Program-made: the position numbers and the translations under genes | Notes under the pieces: model-generated | The model's database searches: none | What the model was told of the DNA's origin: nothing | What the model saw: only the letters and a program-made list of their open reading frames with translations | Shown here: positions 39,050 to 52,456 of the stretch, one piece after another | Position numbering within the stretch: the stretch's first letter is position 1 | How the letters are laid out: every line of letters starts with the position of its first letter | Source: Phoronis australis | Lineage: Eukaryota > Animalia > Phoronida | Direction of reading: 5' to 3' | Assembly (NCBI GenBank): GCA_002633005.1 | Contig: NMRA01000087.1 | Coordinates: forward strand, 439,393-503,392 | Length of the DNA: 64,000 nucleotides

Positions 39050-39249
39050 CATGGGCGCACCCAGGGGGGAGAGGGGGGGCTCGGGGCTCAGTCCACAAAA
39101 CCCACGTGAAGTCGGCACGGATGCACAATTCGTGGGCCTGAACCTAGTGGTCCCGTTTTTTTATTTAGTCCTCGTTGATTTCTTTCACTAAACGATCCGC
39201 ACACCGAAAAAGTCGAGCCCGCCTATGCTTTAGGCTGGGTGCGCACATG
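39050..39249. mobile_element. Short MITE, CAT...ATG termini, 5-bp TSD
   Basis: CATGGGCGCACCCAG / CTGGGTGCGCACATG; TTTCT on both flanks. Confidence 0.75.
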
Positions 39250-40627
39250 TTTCTGAAAGCAGATTTTTAACTTTACGCGAGTCTGCCATTACTTGGGTCA
39301 CGTGACCATGTTTTTCTTAAGATTTTGCAAAAAGAAAGGTATCTTCATAGCAAAACAACGGTATCTATAACATGACTAATTTTTTCGTAAACGGTGAAAT
39401 CACAAAACGCAGTTTGAGTTAACTAAATCTCGTTTTATGCCAGTTTTAATTATTTTTTGTAAAATCATGAAAATCGTACTTTTGACAGCCCTCATGCAAA
39501 AGAGAAAAATTAAGAAAAAACAGTTCCTAGCAGTTTTTCGAGAACAGTTAGTGNGGGGGGGGATCGGGGCTCAGTCCACAAAACCCACGGGAAGTCGGCA
39601 CGGATGCACAATTTGTGGGCCTGAACCTAGTGGTCCCGTTTTTTATTTAGTCCTCGTTGATTTCTTTCACTAAACGATCTGCACACCGAAAAAGTCGAGC
39701 CCTCCTATGCTTTAGGCTGGGTGCGCACATGTTTCTGAAAGCAGATTTTTAACTTTACGCCAGTCTGCCATTACTTGGGTCACGTGACCATGTTTTTCTT
39801 AAGATTTTGCAAAAAGAAAGGTATCTTCATAGCAAAACAACGGTATCTATATCATGACTAAATTTTTTGTAAACGGTGAAATCACAAAACGCAGTTTGAG
39901 TTAACTAAATCTCGTTTTATGACAGTTTTAATTATTTTTTGTAAAATCATGAAAATCCTACTTTTGACAGCCCTCATGCAAAAGAGAAAAATTAAGAAAA
40001 AACAGTTCCTAGCAGTTTTTCGAGAACAGTTAGTGCATCAAATATATGTCGTCTGAAAGTTTCCTATGAATCAGATCAGCTATTTCTGTGATTCCAAAAT
40101 TTGCTAAATTTGGCCATTTTTCATCGGTCCTACATAGCATTAAACTACAAAACGACATGTATTTTGGCATGTTTCAAATTCTTTGTTATGCTTATATTCT
40201 TTCGTTACTTCGTAATTCAGACCGTTTATATCTCCCTTGTAAAGTTACGCTAAAGGCGTGGGATATCTTTACTATCTCAACCATTGGTCAACGATGCAGT
40301 CTGATATTACGCATCTTGCTACTAATAAATCGGGCAAATAAGCAAGCTGATTACAATCTTTGTTGATTCAGGTGAAAGTGTGAAAGCAAAGAACTTATTT
40401 GATTGTTTATGTCCAACCAATGCCGGAAAACAGTGTTCTTTAATTGACCCAGTTTCGAAAGTTTCTTATAATGAGGTTTTCGTTGAGGCCGTGTTAGTAA
40501 GTACTTTGTTGCGTTGAACAAGAATTTCCACATATTGCATATCGTCGAATGCGTGTTTTTTAAAACCTTGTGTGTTATGTAGAACCTCATAACTGAAGCG
40601 TCTTTTAACACTCATATCTTTTATTAC

Positions 40628-40672
40628 CTGAGTCGAGATTTCTTTGGTAAGTAGTACGTTCCCTGGTTTTGT
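40628..40672 (-). CDS. Candidate 45-bp juxtamembrane exon (DKTRERTTYQRNLDS)
   Basis: ttgcag and gtaata splice sites, phase 1-1, open; no domain motif. Confidence 0.3.
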
Positions 40673-41430
40673 CTGCAACATAATGAAGTCATACAACAAT
40701 GGAGAACTGGGACAGACATAAAACCCTCCTCGAGTGGATTTTTGTTATTGTGGGTATATTGGACTATCCAAGCAGCCCTAAAAATCTTCTAGCAACACGA
40801 ACAAAACTCGATTTAAACACCCAGACACAGGCACGTTAAAGTGGCATTGAACGCGAAAAACAGGCTAAATTGCATTATTCAAAGTGGTTATCTGCCATTG
40901 AAACAGAAGTCAAACAGAAAATGGTTTCGCTGGAAACTAATGGTGTTATACGTTTTTTAAGATGCTCACACGTTTTACAGGACACAGAAATTGAAAAATG
41001 GCACAACTGACTCTAATTGAAGAGAAACGACGATTTTCAGACTCGGTACAGCTGACTCACCTACAGCCATCGCATGCTCCAAGGAATGAGCACTTCTCAT
41101 TCAAAAGCTGCATCCTATGTTCAAATCAAACACACACTCCAAAGCAGGAAATATGTAAACAGTTATTTAATTGTTATCCGCTTTGGTGCATTAGCTTTGT
41201 GTGGAAAATTCTCGATATTTGCGTTGGAGCTGTACAATTCGTTGCGTTTCATTTCTGTCCTTGAGAATAATAAGTCATCTGTGTCACTTTTTCTATCTTG
41301 CATCAGAGATCACAGACAACAGATTCGCACCACTGATTTTTCCAGAGGAGGAGTCACACTGTTCTCTTCTCAGCTTCCGGTCAGTGAGCAGACGACATAC
41401 TAGCCGGAAGTAAAACGTGTGGCATTAAAC

Positions 41431-41703
41431 CAGCCTCCCGTTCAGTAACGCTAGGACCTCGCTAAAAAGCAAGACTTCGCGAGATTACGTGAGATATTGT
41501 CGTGCATTTTAAAGGAGAACACGTGACTTTGACTAGGTTTTAGCTAGGTCCTAGCGTAGGTCCTAGCGTCTACTGAACGCACGCCAGGCACGCCAACCTA
41601 GTCAAAGTCACGTGTTCTCCTTTAAAATGCACGGCAATAACTCACGTAATCTCGCGAAGTCTTGCTTTTTAGCGAGGTCCTAGCGTTACTGAACGGGAGG
41701 CAG
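41431..41703. mobile_element. Near-perfect palindromic MITE (arms of about 109 bp)
   Basis: 41431-41539 is the reverse complement of 41595-41703 with few mismatches; the spacer repeats the terminal motif AGGTCCTAGCG. Confidence 0.85.
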
Positions 41704-43635
41704 GCGTTGTTAGTGTTACAGTATATCGTCGCGGCCAATAGTGTGCCGGTCGCAGCTTGTGCAAGACTGAGAACACAGATTTTGTACTTTGAGAATACAG
41801 ACAGGTGGCGATCCATGTACTACAGCCTGCGCTTCCACGCAATGAAAAACAAACTACCTGGGATGAAAAACAGTATATATTCCCAGTAAAACCATCCCTG
41901 GTACACATGTTTTAGTTTGTTCAGGTTAACAGTTTTGTGCTTCCTCCCCCATTTGTACATTACAGCACGTCAAGTATTGAATTATTTTGTACAAAATTAC
42001 AACACAACATTATTATATGTAGTGAGAAATCCACACTCTTTGCATTACAGTCAGGTATAACTCTCCGACACCTGCACCTTCAATGGCCAAACTAGGATGA
42101 GGTCAACCGATGTACTTTAAATCAGCTAAACATTAAAAAACGTACTTTTACAATGTTTTAACGTTGACTATGACTCTAGTTACGCTAGTTTAAAACTAGC
42201 GTAACTAGTGTTATACTTCATATGATAAACGTGGGTTGGGTTCATGCTGCTCACTATGTCACTCGAGCAAAACACTAAAATTGGCAGTGTGCATTTGAAA
42301 TCATTGAGCAGCACTGAATTTATAAGAATCGATATTTGTCTCAGATATGTTACAGAAAATGAGAAAAGAATCAGACACAAATTTGACATGTTGAAATACG
42401 CATACGGATCAGATAGTAGCTAAGGTTGTGACAAAATGGATCCCCTTTTCGAGATGTACACCGAACTCTAATGCTAAAATTTTTGGATTCGAGACTAGAT
42501 GATATGTCACTACTGAGCGCCGTCTAGGGACAGAGCTGAGAAAACAATAATAAGCCGTCAGTCAACTCTTGGCGACTTATTTGTCTGTAATAGCTTACCG
42601 ACGCCAGAAACAGGAAACCTGTTTATGTGCCGTACTGCCGTACTGCCATTTAATTAATTCACATTTGGAAATAAACCTGGGAAAACAACGAGTAGACAAA
42701 TATGCTACGGAACATATTCGACTAATCAGGTAATTTTTGTCTCCAGTCGTAATGTTTTTCATTAATTTTTAAGTGTTTTGTTTCACCAATTCCGTGATAT
42801 TTGCGTGATGATCCTTAATGCGTTTTGCTGAAATGTACTGACGATGGTTACAAGTTGCTTATTGTGAAGAACCACGCCTAACGATAAACCAAAAGACACG
42901 TACATTGCTGGCTGCCATACCCACAGCAAACTCCCGCTCGTTGTTGAGACGTAACTTGAATATGGTATTTGTCACGAGACCTCTGCATTCGCTCGTTGAT
43001 TTTCATGTGTTTCCTATTTCTATCGACACAATCTTTCCACAAGTTTATTGCCAGTACATCAATTACGGTATAACAGTCTTTCTGTAAGCAACAGAGCAAT
43101 ACGCTACGAACGGTTAGACTACATGAATAGGATGGATTAATAGCCCCATTGCGCCGCCAACCTGAATGGCAATTTTGCCGGCTCAGCTGTTGCCTAGTTG
43201 GATATTTCGCAGATTCTTCAGGTAACGTATTGGGAAATGTTTCCTGGAAGTGTGTTAATCCTGATTTATGACATTTCGTGGCATTCTTTTGTATTTGGGG
43301 GCATAATTTTGGTTGGCAATGGACTTTAAAATATCTCAGTTTTCTCTGCATAACTGAACCAGCTTGCGCATAATTTATTTATCATGTGCGCGTTGACTCG
43401 GTTAACGTCATCATTTAATTATGTCTGGAGTACCTACCGTACTTTCAATCTACGAAAGTAAATTTTAATACTATAATAGTTGCAGGCTGTCTGTTACACG
43501 TCATGACGTACTAGACATATGCGCAGGCGGTTCAGGTGGGCCCATTGTACTGACCTTTTTGAAACCATTGTTATGCTTTATTCATATATTAAAGTCGAGT
43601 TGAGGAGCTAGAGACTTGACTAAAGAGTATAATCG

Positions 43636-43712
43636 TGTGCCCCAGTGGGACTCAAACCCACGACCTTGAGTAAAGGGAGTCGACACTTATCTCACTAGGC
43701 AACGCTGTCTCC
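43636..43712 (-). repeat. tRNA-derived SINE head or tRNA pseudogene
   Basis: Minus strand TGCCTAGTGAG (A-box-like) and GGTCGTGGGTTTGAGTCCCAC (T-arm / B-box-like); no clean cloverleaf. Confidence 0.5.
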
Positions 43713-44599
43713 TAAAGGGAAAATGTTGGGCTGGGCTCAGTTTTCTTGATCGAAAATACACCCGTCTATTAGAAGAACTTTCGTCTCCAGGTGCGTTTCT
43801 TGCTGTTTACGAACCTTTTGGCTGGCACCAACTAGCATTTATCGCATACTTAGTTTTATGATTATCCAGCATTCCACAGTTTCATTGTTTGGATAACACA
43901 GCAACACATTTAACTGCATGTCAGGGACTACTGTGTCTGCAAAAACTGATTGCAGCTGTATGGTGGCTTTTGTTAATGTATTTTTAAGCTATAACATTTT
44001 CATTTTTCTGGGCACCTTTGGACATCCGGGGCAATGCAGGCAACAAACGGATTGTCAACGATGAGCCGCCATGATGAAACTCTTGAAAGGCTCAGTTTTA
44101 CTGACCTATACGCGACCGCTTTGAAATAGAGGTAGGAAAGATACGTCAATTATCAATCAAATTCATTCACAGCTTTCCATTATTAGACTTGTAAGGCATC
44201 AGATGATGTCTCAGATTGTACATTGATTGAATATACCAAGAGCTTAAATATCTTGTTGAGGGTATATACAGCTACTTAATTACAAACGCGATTAATACGC
44301 CTCTCCTTTACCAACTCAAACCGAGTTTCTGTTCAATGAGCCTTTCGCAGTGCAGTGTGTTGATAATGATAACAATTCCATTTATAGCAGTGTGATTTGA
44401 AAATGTTGTCTCGAGGCAATTCATAACCAACTGAGACTACGGTTGTTTCATACCGGATTGCATTTCAGAAAATTTGTGAAAAATCAACAACGCAAAGTAT
44501 TTGAAAATATGAAAGTCAACATTGACACACGTTCGCTGTTGTTAGCAATTTTGTCATTTTAAACTGTATAACGTCAAACGCCATGGTGTCGCAACAGTA

Positions 44600-45450
44600 A
44601 AACATGGAACGTGAAAATTGTGGGCCCGATGTCTTATCTTTTACTCGAAAGCGAATTTGAAATTCTTCTTGGCAATTTCTACTCTACTTTTGGGCGAATT
44701 CAAGATAAGTGTTTATTATCCTATGCTGGAGTGCATAGTGGTTTAAGCAGATAACTGTCTAATCAAAGCTTGCTCTTGGTGTCTCCAGCATCAGCTGAGC
44801 TCGAAATTTCGAGCTCTTAATCGAAATCTCGACTTTTTGCTTGAGTTTGTAGCTCAAATCAAAGAATCTTCAGGTGCAATCTTGGACTAAGGAAACTCAA
44901 ATGCGCTAAGCATAACGTACTCAAGCATAGACTGACAGACACTTATCTTGAGATCGCACAAAAATGGAACAGAAGATGTTCAAAATAGTGTCGAATTCTA
45001 TTCCGAGTACAAAAATGAAGCCCTGGACCGTGATTGCAACACCAAGTTTCATTTCAGATTTGTAGCTAACGAGGCCGTTCATAATTCAACAACAACAGGT
45101 TATGGACATAATGATGAGACATGATTTCCATCTAAAATAGTGCATTAAATATTAAGCATTTAAATGAAAGGCGTAAAAGGATTGAAGAATTGAAAAAAAA
45201 CATGACGACATATACCCAAACCCACGGCAATCCACAATTTCAAAGTTTTGACACCATGAATACGTTGTTCGTCCGTTGTTAATTTGTTTCAACAACTTGA
45301 AAACCAAGGAGAATTCATACTTCACTGATTCCAGGCGCCATCTGTAACTTTCAGTTTTCCAACTTCCATATATCAGTAAACAAACGTGATAAAGTTCTCC
45401 AGACTGTTGTGGTACAGTAACAGTCCTTGTGCATTTACTGACTGGTTGAC
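44600..45450 (-). mobile_element. Highly decayed hAT-like transposase remnant
   Basis: Hand translation across stops gives W.LEN..VTDGA.N, then F.PF and W..KLP.I motifs in hAT order. Confidence 0.35.
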
Positions 45451-46104
45451 AGGAGATTAACGATAACCTTATTTTTCAACTGCTGTCTTTTCTGTATTCT
45501 TTTTAAGAATCGCATGTAATTAGAATCAGAAAGGAGCATGATCTTGGAGCATACTTTTGTGATTTACATAAACACGTAAAATAGAAAACCTTGTGATTGA
45601 ATTAAAGGGATTTAGAAAAATTTTATCCACTGCAAACGGTCTAAACGTGAATGACGCCGACACACGCGCTGTTTTTGAGTAATCTGATCTCACTGCTTCA
45701 CAAAGTAGCACACTCGCCTGTCGTAAAAATATAGTAAACGTTACGGTATATGATTTGAACAGATTGTGCAGTTTAGGCCTATGTAATCGGAGACAATGAC
45801 CACATTGGCCGCTTCTAAGGTAGGCTTAACGCAATTCTTCAATTTTTTGTGAGGTAATGTGGAACTCATCGTGATTTAATTCCGGGATCTCCTTGTTCAC
45901 AAATTACTCCTTCACTATTGCCCCACCAAACAGCCATCGAAATCTAAAGCATTTTAAGTCTTTTGATGTCAATCGAATTCTGACGTCACACTTGTTTTTA
46001 AATAAGCGTAAAATATAAACAAACAGGTGAATGCAAACGTGAATCAAGGCACTGCAGTTCCCACCGTAAGACTATTGTACAAAAAGCATTTTCAAAGGCT
46101 AAAT

Positions 46105-46551
46105 CAGGGGTGTCATAGAATCATAAACACGAGCATCCGAAGTATACTTACGAACCACCTACGAATCTATGAATCATGCATACGAACCATGAATCATGCA
46201 TACGGACCCAAAAATCACGTATTCGAACAAAAACCATGGGCACAAACCACATAAAAGCACGCACACGAACACAAATCATACGCACGAGCATCCGAATCAT
46301 ACGTATGAATCACCAAACGAATAAGTATTTATGCGTTTGATTGGATGCTCGAGTGTTTGATTTTGTATTCGTAAGTATGATCTTTGTGGTCTGTGCGCAC
46401 GGGTTTTGTTCGTATGCGGGATTTTTGGGTTCGTATGCATGATTAATGGTTCGTATGCATGATTCATGGGTTCGTATGCATGATTCATAGGTTCATAGGT
46501 GGTTCGTGCGTAAGATGCGATACTCGTGCATATGATTCTGTGGTACTCCTC
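46105..46551. mobile_element. Foldback-type element with long inverted arms built from about 21-bp subrepeats
   Basis: ATGAATCATGCATACGAACC units on the left, GGTTCGTATGCATGATTCAT units on the right; AAT on both flanks. Confidence 0.75.
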
Positions 46552-49500
46552 AATGTAAATGTTCACTGACTTTCAATACACGTCGTTTGCGGGGTCTTTA
46601 GCGCGTGCACGCTCAGCGTGCTGGCACGTAGCTTGCGGTCACATTGGTATGATCAAATGACAAATGTCGATTGTTTTGCATTAAAAACGACCGCAGTATG
46701 ACTACAAAATCTGATATCAATATGCAATCCATTGTTCCTCTGTCCATGCCTGGCATAACTTGAAAGTTTTTCAAAATCTCTCCACATCGTTCCTGGTAAA
46801 AAAACGGTAGGTGACTGACCGAACGAGTGATCGACGTACGGTCGGAATCCTAAACATATCCTCCTTCCATGAATTACTTAGAGTATGTAATTATAAAACA
46901 ATTATTGACTTTCACACCTGATCTAAATGTTGGTTTCTAGACTCCAAAATGTGATTATGACCGAGGCGGGCCAATAATTGTATACTTTCGAACGGATTTA
47001 GTCGATCTAAGTTCACGCAAAATACATTGTTTTGGTGGCATGCCGTACTTAATTCGATCTGATTCACTCAGTAAACTTTCCAGTTGTCAATTAGTTGACC
47101 TTCGTTGAAGGAACATGCTCATGGATAGTAATTGGCAGCTGTTACTAACATACTGCAAATATCAGCTAGACTGAGCAGATTAACGAGATACTCGAGCTTG
47201 GAAACATGTTTTTGTTTTCGTTTCACTTAAGTTTGTTTTGATAACAAAGTAATAGAGAAATACTTGTCTCTCACAAATGCAACGGACATGGAAGTCACTT
47301 TGGACAGGCCCATTGTAAGAAAAGGTTTCTTTTGGCTGTCCAGGTAGGAAATGTATGGGAACTGCGTGGCGTTTAAAAATGAACTAAAATTAATTGAATT
47401 GAGTCGTGAGACTACGACTTTTCGGCTGAGTCTGTAATTGACGCTATACCTTTTATGCTTTACTTTTTAACTAACGGTAATTGAACTAACGTCACTGCAT
47501 TGTTAAAGATATTGAATTTTATAGTTAAATGAAATTCGGACTGAATTGTAATCATTAGTTACTCTGAATAAAGCCTGATCAACACATTTCCAAAGCGCGC
47601 GGGAAATTTGCCACGCGATCTTCTACTACGTCGCTAGAAGCCGTGCGTCAGCTGGTGGAGGTTGACTATAACACCGTGCATTTTTTCGATAGATGATCTG
47701 TCAAAATACAGTCTCTGAAAACTGACTATCGGGTCTGTGTTATTCATGTTTATCCTCAATGGCGTAATCTTCCGGTAACGAAATTATTTCTTGCACATGC
47801 CGCTCATATTGATCCAAATTTCATAAATCACAATGTCGGGTTTGGCCAGCATGTCGGCGTATCAGCTGAGCATGGACAAAGTGGGGGAGATAACAAAGTT
47901 TTATACATGTTCATGCTGTCGGCGGCGTTACAACACTTTTAAACAGAATAGTTGAAAAATGTAGACCATTGTTTTATGGGTTATTGATGATGTAGTTTTT
48001 TCATTAGTGTCATAGTAATTAGTAGCATACACTGTACGCAAACAATGGAATAGTTCACAAGTAGGACTTCAAGACGTGTTGAGAATGACCGTATGAAAAC
48101 AACAGGACTATCTGTCTTAGATATTTCTGTGGTATCAAGGTAAGCTTGTTTGCATAATTCTGCTAATTTTGTCTTTGAAACCCTCAGAAATCAGGTATCT
48201 TGCCATGCGCAAATCGTCAGTGTTAAATTTTGTGTGTCTCGCGAGGAGGAATTGAGAAAACTGATTGGAGTACACAATAAACATGTTGCGTTATGTAATC
48301 AGAACTGCGTTGTGAGACGCTCGAAGTTCACTCCCCGTTAGAGGGCTCAGGTTGCTCGAACTGTCCGTGCATTGGAAAGGCTTCTTTTCTCAGCTGTTCA
48401 GATCAGTAAAAAGCAAAAGCAGATTTGGATTTAATGGAGACGAAAGGATCTCACTCTCCGAGACCAAAAAACAAATCAACACGACGAATTTAGGTAGAGC
48501 GTTAACATTTTTCTTTGAAAAATTGTGATTGTCCCCATTTTTCATCAGGACCATATAGTCACCAATTACCAACACAAAAATGCGTAATTGTTCGCAACCA
48601 TGTGAAAAGCATAAAATATATTAATGCCGGTCATTCGGAACACTTTGGTAGCCTCGTAACTAGAAAAATATTAAAAGTGCTGCGGATGAGCGCGGATTTC
48701 CGATATCGTCACGAAGGGTTCCTTGGAAACCCCTCGGGTATTTTTGTAGCGTTTTAAAAACGCTCAATTTATGTAAACACAAATTTGAGTTGGGAAAAGC
48801 GCCGATCCAAATCCCGACGAAATGACCGTGATTAGCAGACGACGTGCTTGCCACAAGTAAAGCGTGCTACGTCAGCCGGGTTTCGCTAGCGAATCATGAC
48901 GTCACGGCTTACTGTATGCGTAAGATCACGGATTTCGTCCATTGAAAATACACGAAGTTGGCGGTCCATGTACTATAGTCTATGATTGCATTATTCAAAG
49001 TGAATCTTTGCACTAAAGCAGAAGTCAGGCTATTCACCAGTTATTTTACGTGTTTTTTTCGTAAAATTGAATTTCTGTTGACATCAAATCATTTTTGCTT
49101 TACTAGTTCTAAATTTCAAAAAGGATTTGTCAAGTGCTCGTCATTTCGTCGATTTTTCCCACAAGGCAAAGCACGTCTCCTTATTTGGTAAGACACCACA
49201 TTTCCCTTACATGGAAATGGGACCTTTGGCCTTTGATGTAAACAAAACGCGATATTTTAGTGCATACGCACATATATATTATTAGGGACAGAGTATTTGA
49301 AAACTGTATTGGGGTGAAAGAGTTTATACTTCGTCCATGTTTCAAATATAGTGACTACATGTATCTGACGATTTTTTCTAGAAATTCTTGCAAGCGCCGA
49401 ACATTCTTTTCTTCAATAAGAGCTGCATCAAGGTGGATAAAGCAATTTCCCGTAAATGGTCACACATATACTCATTATATGATCCATCTTCTTATTTTAA

Positions 49501-51149
49501 AGAGATTAAAAAATGTTTCTGCCGAGAATCTGATGTTCTTTAGAGTAACAGCATTTCGAAGTATCGACCCTTTGGAGGCACGGCCCTGCGGTGTGTAGAT
49601 CCTGAGCAGACAGTGGAGTGTTGGCCCTTCGTAGTAAACAGAGACCCAGATTACTTTACAACTCTTGCTTTTTGTTTTCAAAGTCAACATCTATGCCAAA
49701 TTGGCTTCATGGTTTCAATAACATCTGAAGTTAAGGCACTTGTATGGCTTCTGATTTATTTTCTCTTTGATCTTGCCTAATCTGTTACGTCAGTTTCTTC
49801 ACCGTTGATTTCATATTTTTTTTCCAAACTGACCTCTGTAGTCCAGATTGGAGCCAATAGGCCTATATTCAGCGCTTGGTGCTAACACTGACAAGCAGTT
49901 ATTTGTTACATTTATGCTACTTTATGTTATTCCGTTCAACGTCAGCATTATTTTATATCCATAAATTGTTTTTCAAAAGGGTCACTAGGGTTATGAACAC
50001 AGCCTTTACTTAATTGTTCCAAGCTCCCTCAACAATGTACAGCACGTGAATCTAGATCCTGTGTACGTAAACTATTCAGTAATAGTGAACAAACACGAGC
50101 GCGTGCTATCATTTTACAAATGAGTAGGAGGGAACAGTGTAGACGACTTCAACTGGTGAATATAAACGCATGTACAAACTTCCAAAAGAAACAGTAGACT
50201 GCTGACTAATGTCAGGCACGTTAATTAATTCGCCTTAGGCTATTAAGGGTATTTCATTTTCACCTAAAGTACTAGAAGAATTTCTTGTTAAATACATTTT
50301 CGCAAACCGGCAAATTTTTCTGATTACATTGCCCTGAAACCCCAAGTTGATATCTATGATTCTGAATTCAGTACGTTTTAGCGTGACCAGCGCCCACATG
50401 TTTTCATCATTGCCTATGAAAAACAGAAAAAATAATGAGAAGGAACAGACGGTCGCGACGCATTCCAATTACAATAGACAGGTGCCACTTCTATGTCAGA
50501 TGCGCTGTACAAATCGCACCTGTTCCCTTCAAAGATATCTCAGATCTTTCAGTTAAAATTTCCCGTTTACGTTAATACATCACATGTAGCACGATGCAGA
50601 ACGAATGAAATATGATCTTCAATATCATTTTAAATTAGTTCAGCTAGGAACAGATCATTCAATAGTGAAGACAGGAACGGATTCACGATTTTAGAGAGGA
50701 GGTTAATTGGACCAGCTGCGCCGTTTCCGTTAGGCCACCTGCGTTTCTTTTTGGTAATGCCTTCTGAAGGGGTTTAAGCACCTGACCGTGGATCCGCCAC
50801 TGAAAGCGTTTAATCATAGCCTGGAACGGTGCTTACTGAGAAGCCCGTGTCAATGGATAACGTCGCTTGACGTGTCGGATATTTGTGAGACTTCATATAT
50901 GAGGCCATAGTAGATAACAGTGACTCTGAACTCTGTTTCAACATATTTACAACAATTAACTACTTGTACATCTAGGTCACTTCGGCGTTTGGAAAAAAAC
51001 ACTGGAATAAGTATGTTAAATCGGTAGCATACGATTTGTAAAATATTGAAACTTACAAGCTGTGTACATTTTCATTCATTGAGGTTGAAGGACGACAACT
51101 TTTGCATCGCTCACTTGCATTACGTTTTTGTACAATAGTGAAGCATTTA

Positions 51150-51320
51150 TGTATTTATGAATGAAAGTATGTATGCATTTAAGTATGTAGATATGTATGA
51201 ATGTGTGTGTGTGTATGTGTGTGTGCGTGCGCGCGCGCGTGTGTGTATGTATGTATCTAGGTGTGTACCTACGTATGTACCTATGCATGTATCTATGTTT
51301 ATATCTATGTATACATTATA
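51150..51320. repeat. Compound (TG)n/(CG)n/(TATG)n microsatellite
   Basis: Visible alternating purine-pyrimidine tract upstream of the tetraspanin-like exon. Confidence 0.9.
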
Positions 51321-51496
51321 TGGCTGTAACATAAGAAATTGCATTACCTTAAGGGCCTACTGTGTACTTTATCTTACCAAAACTGCTACAGTAATTTTCC
51401 TTTGCCTGTGCTGGTTCTCCGTGATGTCACCTTAATTAATTTGCTATTATCGATTTTTCAGAATTTCATAAGAGTTCGTAATGATAACAACAAACC

Positions 51497-52456
51497 ATGG
51501 ACAAGGTAAAGGTAGAATGGAAAAACAAGGTAAAGACAGCCTGGAAATTAACGTATACCGGTGTCTCTATAACAATGTTAATGGTTTTGTATTCCGCTGA
51601 CCTATGGAGTGCGGTGGTTTTCATAGCTTTCACGTGCCAGTACGAACTCTACGTGGCCTCATACATTCCTTTAGAATATCTCAGCATTCACACGGGATTT
51701 GCCATGTTTGCTCCTTACATGTGCGCTATTGCTGTGATTTTATTGTTGAAGCAGCAGCTCGTCCGTAGCGCAGTGCGCACGCGCGAGATTCTCTCGCAGA
51801 TGAATCCGCCTGGTTCCAGTTGTCGAATGGAGAGACGGAAAAGCTTCTCGAATCAAAACAGGAAGAGAAACAGTTTTCTTGTACTGATAGCATTCCTATT
51901 TTTTTCAAGTGCTATGTTTGGCTGTTCACTCTTCTGTCACCTAAACACGGTCCAAGGAGAGGAGCTGCACGCGTACATAATGAACGGTTCTTTCTCCCAT
52001 AAAGACCAGTTCGAAAAAATCTCAAAGGCATGGGATGAAGTACAGTACAACGGGAAGTGCTGTGGAATAAATAACTACACAGATTTCTCTGCGATGAACT
52101 TGAATATGCCTGACACCTGTTGTCATTCCTTATACGACTCTCACCGGCGTCTTTCCTCTCGGCCACTCCCACCGCTAGCAAACGAGACCAAGTGCAGACG
52201 TGATGCACGGATGTTGAAGACATCTTCACAGTATTTGAAGACCAGAGGTTGTTTTTCTATCGTAGTGGCAAAAGTGGGCCGAATGAATACCGCGTTTTCT
52301 TTAGTTGCCTTTGCCTATTGCTTGGACATCTTGGGTGTGTTGTTTGTGACGTATTTCGAGATAAAGAACTACTTTGCAGAAAAACGCTCGAAAAGAATAC
52401 GTAAGAGGATACGCGAGTCGTTGGGATTAGTGGCAGAAGAGGTGGAAGTGCGATAA
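51497..52456 (+). CDS. Tetraspanin-like four-TM protein, intronless CDS, 319 aa
   Basis: Four hydrophobic segments; large extracellular loop with CCG, PDTCC and GC motifs; aaaccATGg context; upstream ttttcag acceptor near 51461; AATAAA near 52533. Confidence 0.85.
   Translation: MDKVKVEWKNKVKTAWKLTYTGVSITMLMVLYSADLWSAVVFIAFTCQYELYVASYIPLEYLSIHTGFAMFAPYMCAIAVILLLKQQLVRSAVRTREILSQMNPPGSSCRMERRKSFSNQNRKRNSFLVLIAFLFFSSAMFGCSLFCHLNTVQGEELHAYIMNGSFSHKDQFEKISKAWDEVQYNGKCCGINNYTDFSAMNLNMPDTCCHSLYDSHRRLSSRPLPPLANETKCRRDARMLKTSSQYLKTRGCFSIVVAKVGRMNTAFSLVAFAYCLDILGVLFVTYFEIKNYFAEKRSKRIRKRIRESLGLVAEEVEVR

Noticed and set aside
39065-40035. Tandem duplication of about 480 bp
   Set aside because: The copies are separated exactly by an n at 39554 and differ by a few SNPs; assembly or haplotype artefact
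40351-41270. Possible SEA-domain exons of the protease gene
   Set aside because: Open frames exist, but I could not build a phase-consistent splice path or see SEA motifs
40838-42130. Old Kolobok remnant (TTAA-AGTGGC start; RRVIPDC on the minus strand near 42050 resembling the KolX C-terminus)
   Set aside because: No matching second terminus found, and the motif is too short to support a call
43636-43712. Functional tRNA gene
   Set aside because: Acceptor and anticodon arms do not pair cleanly and the B box is mutated; kept only as SINE-like
51076-51435. ORFs rich in HT/VC/YI repeats
   Set aside because: Translations of the microsatellite
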